From Chiloscyllium plagiosum (Eukaryota), in contig NC_057720.1 of assembly GCF_004010195.1 (NCBI RefSeq), forward strand, positions 22,990,567-23,054,566: 64,000 nucleotides of DNA, read 5' to 3'. This document shows positions 11,962 through 23,731 of the stretch, in pieces. A program made the position numbers and the translations under genes. The notes beneath the pieces were generated by a model that saw only the letters and a list, made by a program, of their open reading frames with translations, ran no database searches and was not told the DNA's origin. Numbering within the stretch: position 1 is the stretch's first letter; each line of letters opens with the position of its first letter.

Positions 11962-13330
11962 ATGTGCATCTATATAATGCTTCTAATATAGAAAAACATC
12001 CCAAGGTACTTCAGAAAATCATAATTGGACAGAAGTTGAAACAGAAAAAGGAAGTATTAGAACAGATTGATGAAATGTCGGAGTCGAGAGTGTGTTGCTG
12101 GAAAAGGAGGTCAGGCAGCATCCGAGGAGCAGAAGAATCAACGTTTCAGGCATAAGCCCTTCATCAGGAATGAGGGTTGTGGGCCGGGGGCTGAGAGATA
12201 AATGAGATAGGGGTGGGGTTAGGGGTGAAGGTAGCTGAGAAAGCAATAGGTGGATGAAGGTGAGGGAGAAGGTGATAGGTCGGAGAGGAGGGTTGGGGCG
12301 GATAGATGGGAAAGGTGATGGACAGGTCAGGAGGGCTGTGCCAAGTTGAAGGCTTGGGACTGGGATAATGTGGGGGGAGGGGGAATGAGGAAGTTGCTGA
12401 AATCCACATCAATCCCTTGTGGTTGCAGGTTCCCAAGGCAGAATATGAGGCGTTCTTCCTCTAGTCGTCGAGTGGTAATGGTTTGGCATTGGTCTTGTCT
12501 CCTTGATGTAGAGGAGAACACATTGGGTGCAACGGATACAGTAGATGATATTGGTAGAGGTACAGGTAAATTTCTGAAAGGATTCTTTTACATCCATCAG
12601 AAATTTACCTATACCTCTACCAATGTCATCTACTGCATCCCTTGCACCCAATATGTTCCAGGGGAGACTGGACGTCTTCTTACAGATCATTTCAGAGAAC
12701 ATCTCTGGGACACCTGTACCCACCAACCCCACCACCCCGTGGCTAAGCACTTCAACTCCTCCTCCCACTCCGTCAAGGACATGCAAGTCCTGGGCCTCCT
12801 CCACTGCCAGACTTACCAGCCGACCCCTGGGGAAAGAATGCCTTATATTCCACCTTGGGTCCCTGCAACCACAGGGGATAAATGTGGATTTCAACAATTT
12901 CCTCACTTTCCCTCCCTCCACATTATCACAGTCCCAAGTCTCCAACTCAGCACCGCCTCCTGACTGTCCATCACCTTTCCCATCTATCTGCTCCCCCCCC
13001 TCCCATTTGTCTCTCAGCCCCCGGCCCACAAACCTCATTCCTGATGAAGGGCTTAAACCCAGAATGTCAATTCTTCTGCTCCTCGGATGTTGCCTGACCT
13101 GCTGTGCTTTTCCATAACACACTCTCGACTCTGATCTCCAGCATCTGCAGTCCTCACTTTCTCTATGTTAAAGAAAGAGAATGGGAGACTGAGGGGGTGA
13201 GAAGCAGAAAGGGTTAACAAAGCAAACTAGATGGCTGACGGCATGGTTGAGAATGGTGCAGTGAACAAAATGGAGAATACACAAGGCCAGATTTAGAAGA
13301 CTGTTGTGTGTTCAGTGGGTTAGGAGGATG
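11962..13330 (-). mobile_element. Old L2-like 3' fragment (11962-12078 and 13166-13330) hosting the PLE palindrome
   Basis: gcatctatataatgc...catcccaaggtacttca tail and purine-rich continuation resembling the L2 pieces at 29920 and 57040. Confidence 0.45.
12080..13163. mobile_element. ~1.08 kb palindromic PLE derivative: two back-to-back GIY-YIG + pLTR arms
   Basis: The left arm (-) and right arm (+) both encode FT(C/Y)TSTN.IYCI.CTQ; the right arm has HFREHL..PVAKHFNS; symmetry centre ~12578; hammerheads at 12136-12171 (-) and 13037-13072 (+, damaged). Confidence 0.88.
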
Positions 13331-13339
13331 TCATAGGAA

Positions 13340-14200
13340 TTCACCAAGGCATCTTACACAGCATCTTCCAGACCAATAACCACTGCCATCTCGAAGGCCA
13401 AGGAGAGGAGATACATAGGAACACCATCTCCTGCAAGTTCCCCTCTAAGCCACTCATCACCTGACTTGGAAATAGTTTGTTGTTCAATCACTGTCACTAA
13501 GCATTGAGTATAGGAGTTGGGAGGTCATGCTATGGCTATACAGGACATTGGTTAGGCCACTTTTGGAATATTGTGTGCAATTCTGGTCTTCCTCCTATAG
13601 GAAGTGTGTTGTGAAACTTGAAATGGTTCAATAAACATTTACAAGGGTGTTTCCAGGTTTGGAGGTTTTGAACTATAGGGAGATACTGATTGGCTGGGGC
13701 TGTTTTTGTCGGAGGCTGAGGGCTGACCTTATTGAGGTTTATAAAATCAGCAGGGGCATGGATAGGATAAATAGACAAGGTCTCTTCCCGTGTGTGGGGG
13801 AGTCAAGACCTAGAGGTGGTGCGAGCATGGAATAAGCTACCAGAGGAAGTGGTGGATATTGGCACAATTGCAGCATTTAAAAGGCATCTGGATGGGTAAA
13901 TGAATAAGAAGGGTTTAGAGGGATATGGGCCAAGTACTGGCAAATGGGACTAGATTAATGTAGGATATCTAGTTGGCATAGACGAGTTGGACCGAAGGGT
14001 CTGTTTCTGTGCTGTACGTCTCTATGACTTCATGCCTCTATGACTCTCCCTAATGCTGCTGGAAATGTATCTGGACCAAACGGACTGGAACAGTTCAAAA
14101 AGGCAGCTCATCACCACTTTCTCAAGGCCAACTAAGATGGTCAATAAATGCTGGCCCAGCCAATAAAACCCACATCCCCTAAACAAATGATTAATAAAAA
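13340..14200 (+). mobile_element. LINE 3' end (tail shared with the DeuSINE), split by CR1 at 13500-14045
   Basis: ggaacaccatctcctgcaagttcccctctaagccactc...; resumes at 14046 and ends ...caataaatgctggcccagcc...cacatccc. Confidence 0.65.
13500..14045 (+). mobile_element. CR1/HER1-type LINE 3' fragment
   Basis: RPLLEYCVQFWSS, LIEVYKI; tail ttggaccgaagggtctgtttc...tctatgact. Confidence 0.88.
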
Positions 14201-14534
14201 CAGACTTGCAGGTATAGAAAGATATTTATAATTGTAGTTGAACAGAAAGACCAATGTTTTCTGAGAGCTAGGCAGTAATTTATCCTGCCAGGGTAGACAG
14301 GTTGAGAGATCAGAAGTTGCTGGCTTGTCGAGAAGCTGGCAGGAACCTTGCAACTTCCACATTTAACTTGAGTGTGCTCATTAGTGCACGGGAAACTGCT
14401 GTGGAGCAGATGGGTCCTACATTAGAATTTTTAATAAGGCAACTAAGTGGAATTTTAATGCTGGATTCCATTTATAACCCCGTGTTCCCTTGGCTTTCTG
14501 GGCATATATATCTGAGCACTCATCCGAGCATGAG

Positions 14535-14830
14535 AGGCAGCACTGTGGCTCAATGATTAGCATTGCTCCTTCACAGCGCCAGGGACCCATGTTCGATTCT
14601 GTGTGGAGTTTGCACATTTTCCCTGTCTCTGAGTGGGTTTGCTCCGGTTTCCTTCCACAGTCCAAAGACCTCAAGTCAGGTGAGTTGGCCGAGCTAAATT
14701 GTCCATAGTGTTAGGTGCATTAGTCAACATTAAGTGTAAGGAAATGGGTTTGGGTGGGTTACTCTTTGGAGGGTTGGTGTGGAAGGTTGATTCGAAGGGC
14801 CTGTCTCCACGCTGTAGGTAATCTAATCAC
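14535..14830 (+). mobile_element. tRNA-derived V-SINE (HE1-like)
   Basis: A/B-box head, V-domain tgtgtggagtttgcacattttccctgtctctgagtgggtt, CR1-like tail gaagggcctgtctccac and aatct repeats. Confidence 0.85.
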
Positions 14831-16015
14831 TCAGCATCCTTCTAAATCTGAACACTTATGTATCTCTCATTCTCTTCACTGCACTATTTGGAGTCACACC
14901 TTCGGTTATCTGGATCCAAAGCTTCCTTCCACCTTTTCTGCTTCTCCATCTCTATATCATTCTTCCTTTAAGACCTCAAGGCAAATCAAGGTGTGAGAAC
15001 AATGGAAATTGATAGAAATACGCAGTTGACCGAAAAGAAAGGCTTTAAATGTTAAAGCATCATATTTGCTTTCTTGTCTAATTGAAAGACATTTGCTCAA
15101 GGGACCTGTTTTGACAGTCTGCTTTTGCTGGTTTAGAGAAGATTTCAAATACATCAGTGGTCATTTCTGCTTGTTTAGAGCATTTGTCCTTTGATTTGAG
15201 CTTCCTACCAGTCAGGTCTCTCAACAGCACCTCGACCTTTTACCTCCGATGACGAATAAAAGGAACAGCAGCAGCAGCAACACAAGCACCAGAAGGCGTT
15301 CACTATCGGGAATAGTAACAGTGTTCTCCTCAGCAATGTGTAACTCTAGCTCACAGGGGCATAACTCTAAGACAGAGTATAGAGATGGAAGATGGGGTGT
15401 TTGGAGATAACTAAGCACCAGTTATTCTGACTTTCCCATCAGTTTAGTACTAGGGTTACATTGATGACATTGCAGCTTCCTGGAAAAAGAGCTTCTATCA
15501 AGCAGACCAAGTGGGTACAGAGGAAAGAATTAATCTCCATTTGGAGGGGCAAAGTTGCTCAGGGATAGTCAGAATGGATTGAATTTTTCAAGAAGGTAAC
15601 CAGGTATATAGATGAAAGCAGTGCAGTTGATGTAGTTTATATGATTTCACCACATAGGACACTGACAAAGAAGGTAACAGGAGATGGGATTCAGAGTAGC
15701 TTGGATCCAAAACTGACTGAGTGCTAGGAAACAGAGGGTGGTGGTGGAAGGCTGTTTGTGTGACTAGAGGCCAGTGTTCAGTGCCATATGGCAGGAATCA
15801 GTGCTGGGTTCCTTATCATCCATGATACATACAAAACACGACAGAAGGAAATGTGGAGTGGATAGTAAGTAAGCTTGTGAATGACACGACGTTTGGCTGA
15901 GTGATTGACAATAAGGAAGAAGGTAAAAACAATGACTGCAGATGCTGGAAACCAGATTCTGGATCAGTGGTGCTGGAAGAGCACAGCAGTTCAGGCAGCA
16001 TCCAAGGAACTTTGA

Positions 16016-16051
16016 AATCGACATTTCGGGCAAAAGCCCTTCATCAGGAAT
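16016..16051 (-). ncRNA. Minimal hammerhead motif in PLE pLTR (one CpG transition)
   Basis: attc-CTGATGA-a-gggc-tttt-gccc-GAAAT-GTC-gatt. Confidence 0.7.
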
Positions 16052-16148
16052 AAAGGCAGTGAGCCTGGAGAGTGGAGAGATAAGCTAGAGGAGGGTGGGG
16101 GTGGGGAGAAAGTAGCATAGAGTACAATGGGTGAGTGGGAGAGGGGAT

Positions 16149-17122
16149 NNNNNNNNNNNNNNNNNNNNNNNNNNNNNNNNNNNNNNNNNNNNNNNNNNNN
16201 NNNNNNNNNNNNNNNNNNNNNNNNNNNNNNNNNNNNNNNNNNNNNNNNNNNNNNNNNNNNNNNNNNNNNNNNNNNNNNNNNNNNNNNNNNNNNNNNNNNN
16301 NNNNNNNNNNNNNNNNNNNNNNNNNNNNNNNNNNNNNNNNNNNNNNNNNNNNNNNNNNNNNNNNNNNNNNNNNNNNNNNNNNNNNNNNNNNNNNNNNNNN
16401 NNNNNNNNNNNNNNNNNNNNNNNNNNNNNNNNNNNNNNNNNNNNNNNNNNNNNNNNNNNNNNNNNNNNNNNNNNNNNNNNNNNNNNNNNNNNNNNNNNNN
16501 NNNNNNNNNNNNNNNNNNNNNNNNNNNNNNNNNNNNNNNNNNNNNNNNNNNNNNNNNNNNNNNNNNNNNNNNNNNNNNNNNNNNNNNNNNNNNNNNNNNN
16601 NNNNNNNNNNNNNNNNNNNNNNNNNNNNNNNNNNNNNNNNNNNNNNNNNNNNNNNNNNNNNNNNNNNNNNNNNNNNNNNNNNNNNNNNNNNNNNNNNNNN
16701 NNNNNNNNNNNNNNNNNNNNNNNNNNNNNNNNNNNNNNNNNNNNNNNNNNNNNNNNNNNNNNNNNNNNNNNNNNNNNNNNNNNNNNNNNNNNNNNNNNNN
16801 NNNNNNNNNNNNNNNNNNNNNNNNNNNNNNNNNNNNNNNNNNNNNNNNNNNNNNNNNNNNNNNNNNNNNNNNNNNNNNNNNNNNNNNNNNNNNNNNNNNN
16901 NNNNNNNNNNNNNNNNNNNNNNNNNNNNNNNNNNNNNNNNNNNNNNNNNNNNNNNNNNNNNNNNNNNNNNNNNNNNNNNNNNNNNNNNNNNNNNNNNNNN
17001 NNNNNNNNNNNNNNNNNNNNNNNNNNNNNNNNNNNNNNNNNNNNNNNNNNNNNNNNNNNNNNNNNNNNNNNNNNNNNNNNNNNNNNNNNNNNNNNNNNNN
17101 NNNNNNNNNNNNNNNNNNNNNN
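16149..17122. other. Assembly gap (N)
   Basis: Run of N. Confidence 1.
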
Positions 17123-17640
17123 CGGAGGAAGAGGTGGGGAGTGGTGCCGGTGTAATTACGTAAGATCAACTGCTCTACGTAGCCAACAAAGAGACAGGCA
17201 TAGCTGGGGCCCATACGTGTGCCCATGGCTATCCCTTTGGTCTGGAGGAAGTGGGAGGTTTCAAAGGAGAAATTGTTAAGGGTGAGGACCAGTTCAGCCA
17301 AACGAATGAGAGTGTCGGTGGAAGGGTACTGTTGGGGACGTCTGGAGAGGACAAAACGGAGGGCTTGGAGGCCCTGGTCATGGCGGATGGAGGTGTAGAG
17401 GGATTGGGTATCCATGTTGAAGCTCTCCACGCTCCAGGCTCACTGCCTTTATTCCGGATGAAGCGCTTTTGCCCGAAACGTCGATTTTGAAGCTCCTTGG
17501 ATGCTGCCTGAACTGCTGGGCTCTTCCAGCACCACTAATCCAGAATAAGGAAGAAGGTCTTACGTTACAAGAAGATATAGATGGATTAGTCAGATAGGCA
17601 GATCAGTGGCAGATGGAATTTAACCCTGATAAGTGTGAAG

Positions 17641-19530
17641 TAAAAGAGTTACAGATCAGCTAGCAAGGATTTAAAGAGAGAGTTAAGAAGAGCAAAAAGA
17701 GGACACGAGCAGTCTTTAGCAAATAGAATAAAGGAGAACCCTAAAACTTTCTATAGGTATGTGAGGAATAAAAGGATGATTAGGGTAGGAATAGGGCCAG
17801 TCAAAGACAGAAGTAGGAAGTTGAGTGTGGACCCTGTAGAGATTGCAGAGGTGCTAAATGAACATTTCTCATCGGTGTTCACTCAGGAAAAGGAGAATAT
17901 TGTAGAGGGGAAGAATGAGGTACGAGATATTAGACTAGAAAGGATTGAGTTTAGATATGCACAGGTGTTATCAATTCTAGAAGGAGTGAAAGTAGACAAG
18001 TCCCCTGGGCTGGATGGGATTTATCCAAGGATTCTCTGGGAAGCTAGGGAGGAGATAGCAGAAACTTTGGCTTTGATATTTCAGTCGTCATCGTCTATGG
18101 GTTTAGTACCTAAGGACTGGAGGATTGCAAATGTTGTGCCCTTGTGCAAGAAGGGCAGCAAGATGACCCAGATGATTATAGACCAGTGAGCCTTATTTCA
18201 GTGGTAGGAAAGGTTTTGGAAAGGATTATAAGAGATAAGATTTATAATCATCTAGCAAGCAACAATTTGATTTCAGATAGTCAATATGATTTTGTCAAGG
18301 GCAGGTCGTGTCTCAGAAACCTCATTGAGTTTTTTGAGAAGGTTACCAAGCATGCAGCTGAGGGTAGGGCAGTTGACGTGGTATACTTAGACTTCAGTAA
18401 AGCTTTGATAAGGTTCCACATGGTAGGCTGATGGAGAAAATGCACAGGCATGGAATTGAGGGTGATATAGCAGCTTGGGTTAGAAACTGGCTTTCTGGAA
18501 GAAGGCAGCGAGTGGTGGTTGATGGAAAATATTCAGTTTGGAGTCCAGTTACTAGTGGTGTGCCACAGGATCTGTTTTGGGACCACTGCTGTTTGGCATT
18601 TTTATAAATGACTTAGATGCAGGCATAGGTGGATGGATTAATAAATTTTCAGACGACACTAAAGTCGGTGGAGTAGTGGACAGTTTGGAAGAATGTTACA
18701 GGTTGCAGGGGGATTTGGATAAACTGCAGAATTGGGCTGAGAGATGGCAATTGGAGTTCAATGCAGCTAAATGAGAGGTGATGCACTTTGGGAAGAATAA
18801 CAGGATAGTAGAGTACTTGGTCAATTGAAAGATTCTTGGGAGTGTGGATGTGCAGAGGGATCTTGGAGTCCATGTGCATAGATCGCTGAAAGTTGCCACC
18901 TAGGTGGATAGTCCTGTTAAGAAGGCATACGGTGTGCTAGGTTTCATTGATAGAGGGATTGAGTTCCGGAGCCACAATATCGCTGGTGCGCTGGTGCGGC
19001 CATACTTGGAATATTGTGTACAGTTCTGGTCACCCCATTACAGAAAGGATGTGGAAGCATTGGAAAAGGTGCAGAGGAGATTTACCAGGATATTGCTTGG
19101 TCTGGAGGGAAGGTCTTATGAGGAAAGGCTGAGAGACTTGGGTCTGTTCTCATTGGAAAGAAGAAGGCCAAGGGGGGATTTGATAGAGACATACAAGATG
19201 ATCAGAGAATTAGATAGGGTAGACAGAGAAAGACTTATTCCTAGGATGATGACGTCAGCTTGTATGAGAGGGCAAAACTACAAATTGAGGGGTGATAGAG
19301 TTAAGACAGATGTCAGAGGCAAGTTCTTTATACAGAGAGTGGTAAGGGCGTGGAATGCTCTACCTGCTAAGATAGTAATTTCAGCCACATTAGGGAGATT
19401 TAAACAATCCTTAGATGAGCTCATGGATGATTTTGGGATAGTGTAGGGGGACGAGCTGAGAATAGTCCACAGGTCGGCGCAACATCGAGGGCCAATGGGC
19501 CTGTTCTGCGCTGTATTGTTCAATGTTCTA
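17641..19530 (+). mobile_element. 5'-truncated CR1 LINE, relatively young
   Basis: ORFs 17761-18189, 18144-18431, 18577-18774 and 18904-19446 are colinear CR1 RT (KSPGLDGIYPR, YRPVSL, YLDFSKA, KFSDDTK); tail tgttcaatgttcta. Confidence 0.95.
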
Positions 19531-20458
19531 ATGCACTTCAAAAGAAATAGCAAAATAAGAGTGCTGTCAATGGAGGACACTACAAAGCTCAGAGGAACAG
19601 ACAGATCTTGGGGTGCTTGTCTACAGACCCCTGAATGCAGCAGGACATGTTAAGGATGGTTAAGAAGGCATGTGGAAACTTAACTTTATCAGTCATGGCA
19701 CAGACTATAAGAGCAGGTAAGTTATGTTGGAGTTGTACAAAACTTTGATTAAGCCAAAGCTAGAGTATGGTGTGTAGTTCTGGTCACTGCACTATGTGAA
19801 GAACATGATTGCACTGGAGTGGGTGCAGAGGAGATTCACCAGAATGTTGCCTGAGATGGAGCATTTCAGCCTTGAAGAGCGGCTGGATAAGCTTGAGTTG
19901 TTTGCTTTGGAGCAGAGAAGGCTAAGAGGGGACCTAAATGAGGTGCATAGAATATGAGGGGCATGGATAGAAAACAGCTGGTCCCCTTAGCTGGAGAGTC
20001 AATAACAAGGGGCATAATTTTAAGGTGCAAGGCAGGATGTTTGGAGGGATTTGAGGAAAACCATTTTTACCCAGAGTTTGGTGGGAATCTGGAATGCACT
20101 ACCTGACAGGATGGCCGAGGCAGGAAGCCTCACAACCTTTAAGAAATAGGTTGGACCGAAGGGTCTCTTTCCATGCTTTACGTCTGTACGACTCTATACG
20201 TACTCAGATGAGCATTTGAAATGTCATAACATTCAAGGTCACGGGCCAAGTCCTTTAAAGTGGGCCGAATATAGATTCAGAGTAGGTTTTGTTGATTAGA
20301 GATTCAGTGGACCAAAAGACCTTTTTTTTGTATAGTATGATTCTATGACAATACTTTGACATTTAGAAATTGGAACATAGGGGCTAAAGCCAATGGGTAT
20401 GGAAGTGTAGATTTGTGGGCAACCCCGATGTGACCATTTCTATGACGTTTTATGCAAC

Positions 20459-21398
20459 TAGAACATAGAACACAGATCATTGCAGTGCAGAACAGGCCCT
20501 TCAGCCCTCAATGTTGCACTGCCCTGTGAAACCAATCTGAAGTCCATCTAACCTACACTATTCCATTTTCATCTATATGTTTATCGAATTACCATTTAAA
20601 TGCCTTTAAAGTTAGCAAGTCTACAACTGTTGCAGGCAGTGCGTTCCAAACCCTTTCTACTCTCTGAGTAAAGAAACTACCTCTGACATCTGTCCTATAT
20701 CTAACACCCCTCAATTTGAAGCTATGCCCCCTTGTGCTAGCCATCACCATCCGAGGAAAAAGGCTCCCACTGTCCACCCGATCTTACCCTCTGATTATCT
20801 TATATGTCTTAATTAAATCACTTCTCAACCTCCTTCCCTCTAATAGAAACAGTCTCAAGTCCCTCAGCCTTTCCTCGTAAGACCTTCCCTCCAAAGCAGG
20901 CAACATTCTGGTAAATCTCATCTTCACCCTTTCCAAAACTTCTACATCTCTCCTACAAAGTGCAATACTCCAAACGTGGCTGCACCAGAGTTTTGTACAG
21001 CTGCAGCATGATCTCATGGTTCCAAAATTCAACCCCTCTATCAATAAAAGCTAACACACCATATGCTGTCTTAACAACCCTATCAACCTGGGTGGCAACT
21101 TTGAAGGATCTATGTACATGGACACTGAGATCTCTCTGTTCATCTACACTAGCAAGAATATTACCATTAGCCCAGTACTCTGCATTCCTGTTGCTCCTTC
21201 CAAAGTGAATCAGCTCACACTTTACCGCATTAAACTCTATTTGCCACCTCTCAGCCCAGCTCTGCAGTTTATCTGTGTCCCTCTGTAACCTATAATATCC
21301 TTCATCACTATCCACAACTCTACTGACCATAGTGTCATCCACAAATTTACTAACCCATCCTTCTACGCCTTCATCCAGGTCATTTATAAAAATGACAA
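20459..21398 (-). mobile_element. 5'-truncated CR1 LINE
   Basis: ORF 20953-21342 (DDTMVSRVVD..WQIEFNAVKC) and 20589-20777; tagaacatagaac tail. Confidence 0.92.
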
Positions 21399-22055
21399 TC
21401 AGTTAATTAACTGCCAGCAGTTAAGACGAAGAGGACTAGGAGTGGTAAATGCTGCTGGTACTGCAGTGAATCTAGAGCAGCAACAATGGAACAGCCTGTG
21501 GAACAAAAGAATATGCGTGGGGCTTGCTAGGACGTGAGCCAGATCCTGACAATGTGTGCTGTGGTGGAGGAAAGTGGGGAATTTCCAAAGGGATAACCGC
21601 GACGGGAGGAAGTGCTTTATCATAGGCAGAGGATGACCCCCCCCTCAAGCCCAGAAGGATGCCATCAACCTTTACTCAGTTGCCTGACCATTTAGCAAAG
21701 ATCCCAATCAGCAGGCGTGGGATGAGGCCCACCGGTGGGGTTTTATGGCCATCCTCAGCATCACTCATTGTTTTGGATGGAGTTAGAATGGCAAACAAAT
21801 TCTCTACCCCCACGCCAAACCTGCAAAGCTCGCCCCTCTTCCCATCCCTCAAATGCAACAAGAATGTTCCCAATGAATTGGGGGTTCAGAACCAAGGGTC
21901 ACATTTAAAGAACGTGATGTAGGTCATTTAGGACAGAAATAAGGAGAAATTTCATCACCCAGAGTCTAATGGAACTCTTTGACACAGAAAGCAGCTTAAG
22001 TCAAAACATTGAATAGTTTCAAGAAGTAGTTCAATATAATCCTTACAGCTAAAGA

Positions 22056-23631
22056 GACGTACAGTTTTAATGCGGTTCCCAGACCCTTAGTTCTTGACAC
22101 TGGACCTATTTATGGGGATGTGAATGAAGAGGCAGTAGACAGGTGTTTAAAAGAATCTCTGCATTTATTTAAGAGACAAAAGGTAATTATAAAAAAGAAA
22201 TAGGTAATACAATAAATAAAGGACATTAACACAATTAATATACAAGAGAACAGGAGTATCTTAAAGAACAATATTTTGAATTTAGTTAAGGGTGGGTATG
22301 AGACAATGGTACCCTGTAGAGTAGTAGATAGTTTATTGTTAATACTATTGTAATATAATAATGTTGTATTATCTCTATTCTTCTTTATCTTTATATTTTT
22401 ATAGTTTTTAAAAGTAAAAAAAAAATTTCAATTAAAAATAAATAAATAAAATAACAATATTAATTAGATTACCACTATTAGAAAACATTTATTGACACAC
22501 AGGAAACAAACAGTGTTTAACTTTACAATCTGAATCAGAATTCCTACCAAGAGAGTCCAATGTACTGACACCATTTGCCTCCTACTGCTAACTAAGTTGG
22601 AAGTTTGGTGTCTTGGGGTTTAGGTTCACCACTGAGAATACAGCTTTGAAGTGGGCCTGGCTGTTCTGGCTTGCCATACCCAGAGCCTGGATGAAGACTT
22701 CAGACTGTGTAGGCTTTTCAGTTTGGATTGAGTCCACTGATGTGGCCAGGCGTGTTTTGGACATTTCTGGTGAGTATCCAATTTTCTTCACTTTTGATTG
22801 GTTTTGCGAGCTGGTGCTCACCACAGGTTGTGACTGAGGACTTGCAGCTTCAGTGGAGTTGGTGTTTGATCAGGCTTTTCGGTGTCTGGTTTAGATGGTC
22901 AGGGTTGGTTGTTGACATTCTTGCCATCGGTGTTTTCAGTTTAGAAAGACTCGTTTGCAGAAGCTCTTTGTTCGGATTTCAAAGTTAGTTTTCCCTTCTC
23001 GGATATCTTTTGTTCTGATGCGGTCTTTGGTTCAGCCTCCCTGTTCTCGGTTCAGCCTGTGCAGTTATTGGTTCCGAAGCTGCATGTGGGGAAGCTATTC
23101 ATGCAGAAGCCTGTTGTTTAAAAAAAGGATCCCTCAGGTGAAATCAGAGTTGGCAGTTATAGGCCCGGCTGTCTGAGGTTAAATGTCAAGTATCATATCT
23201 GCTGAAGGGCTTTTGCCTGAAATGTCGACTCTCCTGCTCCTCGGGTGCTGCCTGACCTGCTGTGCTTTTCCAGCACCACACTGTCAACTCTAATCTCCAG
23301 CATCTGCAGTCATCACTTTCTCCTGTCAAATATCTCTGTACGCCCCAGACTGTCTGCACTGTGTAGCTCGAGTTGTAAATTCTGTCTCAGGCAAATGGTC
23401 TGTTGGTTTTGGTCAATTGTTCTTCAAGAGAAGAGGTGTAAATTGGGATTCCAGGTTGAACAATAGTCCCAGACAATAACCTCCATTCTCAGGCCTTGCT
23501 GGTTGTGTTATGTATTTTCTGCAGAATTCAGCTGTCCTTTTTCTTTTTAAAGTTTTGACTGTCCAGATTTCTGCCCAAAAATGTGGTTTTGTCCACATGT
23601 TTTAATATTGTAGAGTTTTGTTCAATCTTAC
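22056..23631. other. Unidentified ~1.58 kb insert, candidate endogenous viral element
   Basis: Interrupts a CR1; no TIR, LTR or poly-A; A/G-rich on + to ~22330, then an AT-rich zone with AATAAA on both strands, then T/G-rich on +; only short open frames. Confidence 0.35.
23196..23323 (+). mobile_element. Solo PLE pseudo-LTR with damaged hammerhead and 11-bp TSD
   Basis: ctgctgaagggcttttgcctgaaatgtcgac...; TSD tgtcaagtatc (23184-23194) and tgtcaaatatc (23324-23334). Confidence 0.8.
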
Positions 23632-23731
23632 TGGGATGAAAGGCTATGGGGAGAAAGCAGGAACAGTTGGATGACCAGCCATGAATATATTGAATGGTGG
23701 AGCAGGCTTGAAGGGCTGAAAGGCCTATTCA

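Larger units (their letters stand above)
15925..17543 (-). mobile_element. 5'-truncated Penelope-like element with an inverted pLTR and a 15-bp TSD
   Basis: RT MDTQSLYTSIRHDQGLQAL..LAELVLTLNNFSF..QTKGIAMGTRMGPSYA; pLTR (-) at 15925-16080 and pLTR (+) at 17418-17543; TSD aataaggaagaaggt at 15910-15924 and 17544-17558. Confidence 0.93.
15545..20345 (+). mobile_element. Old CR1 RT/3' element hosting a PLE (15925-17543), a CR1 (17641-19530) and a ~48-bp CR1 tail (~20150-20197)
   Basis: Host sequence rejoins across each insert (gacaataaggaagaagg|tcttacg; aagtgtgaagta|atgcactt); ends tatgattctatga. Confidence 0.8.
21895..23730 (+). mobile_element. CR1 3' end split into 21895-22055 and 23632-23730 by an unidentified insert
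   Basis: ...aatccttacagctaaagag | gggatgaaaggctatggggagaaagcagg... reads as a contiguous CR1 C-terminus/3'UTR. Confidence 0.7.

Noticed and set aside
5649..17430. Long ORFs in the ORF track (295, 479, 382, 342 aa, and 430 aa at 48937)
   Set aside because: Their length comes from N runs translated as X; only the flanking PLE/CR1 peptides are real.
21400..21890. GC-richer blocks (also 14275-14500, 30115-30480, 32420-32700, 39720-40400) as non-autonomous DNA transposons or exons
   Set aside because: I could not identify matching TIRs, TSDs or a recognisable peptide, so they are left unassigned.
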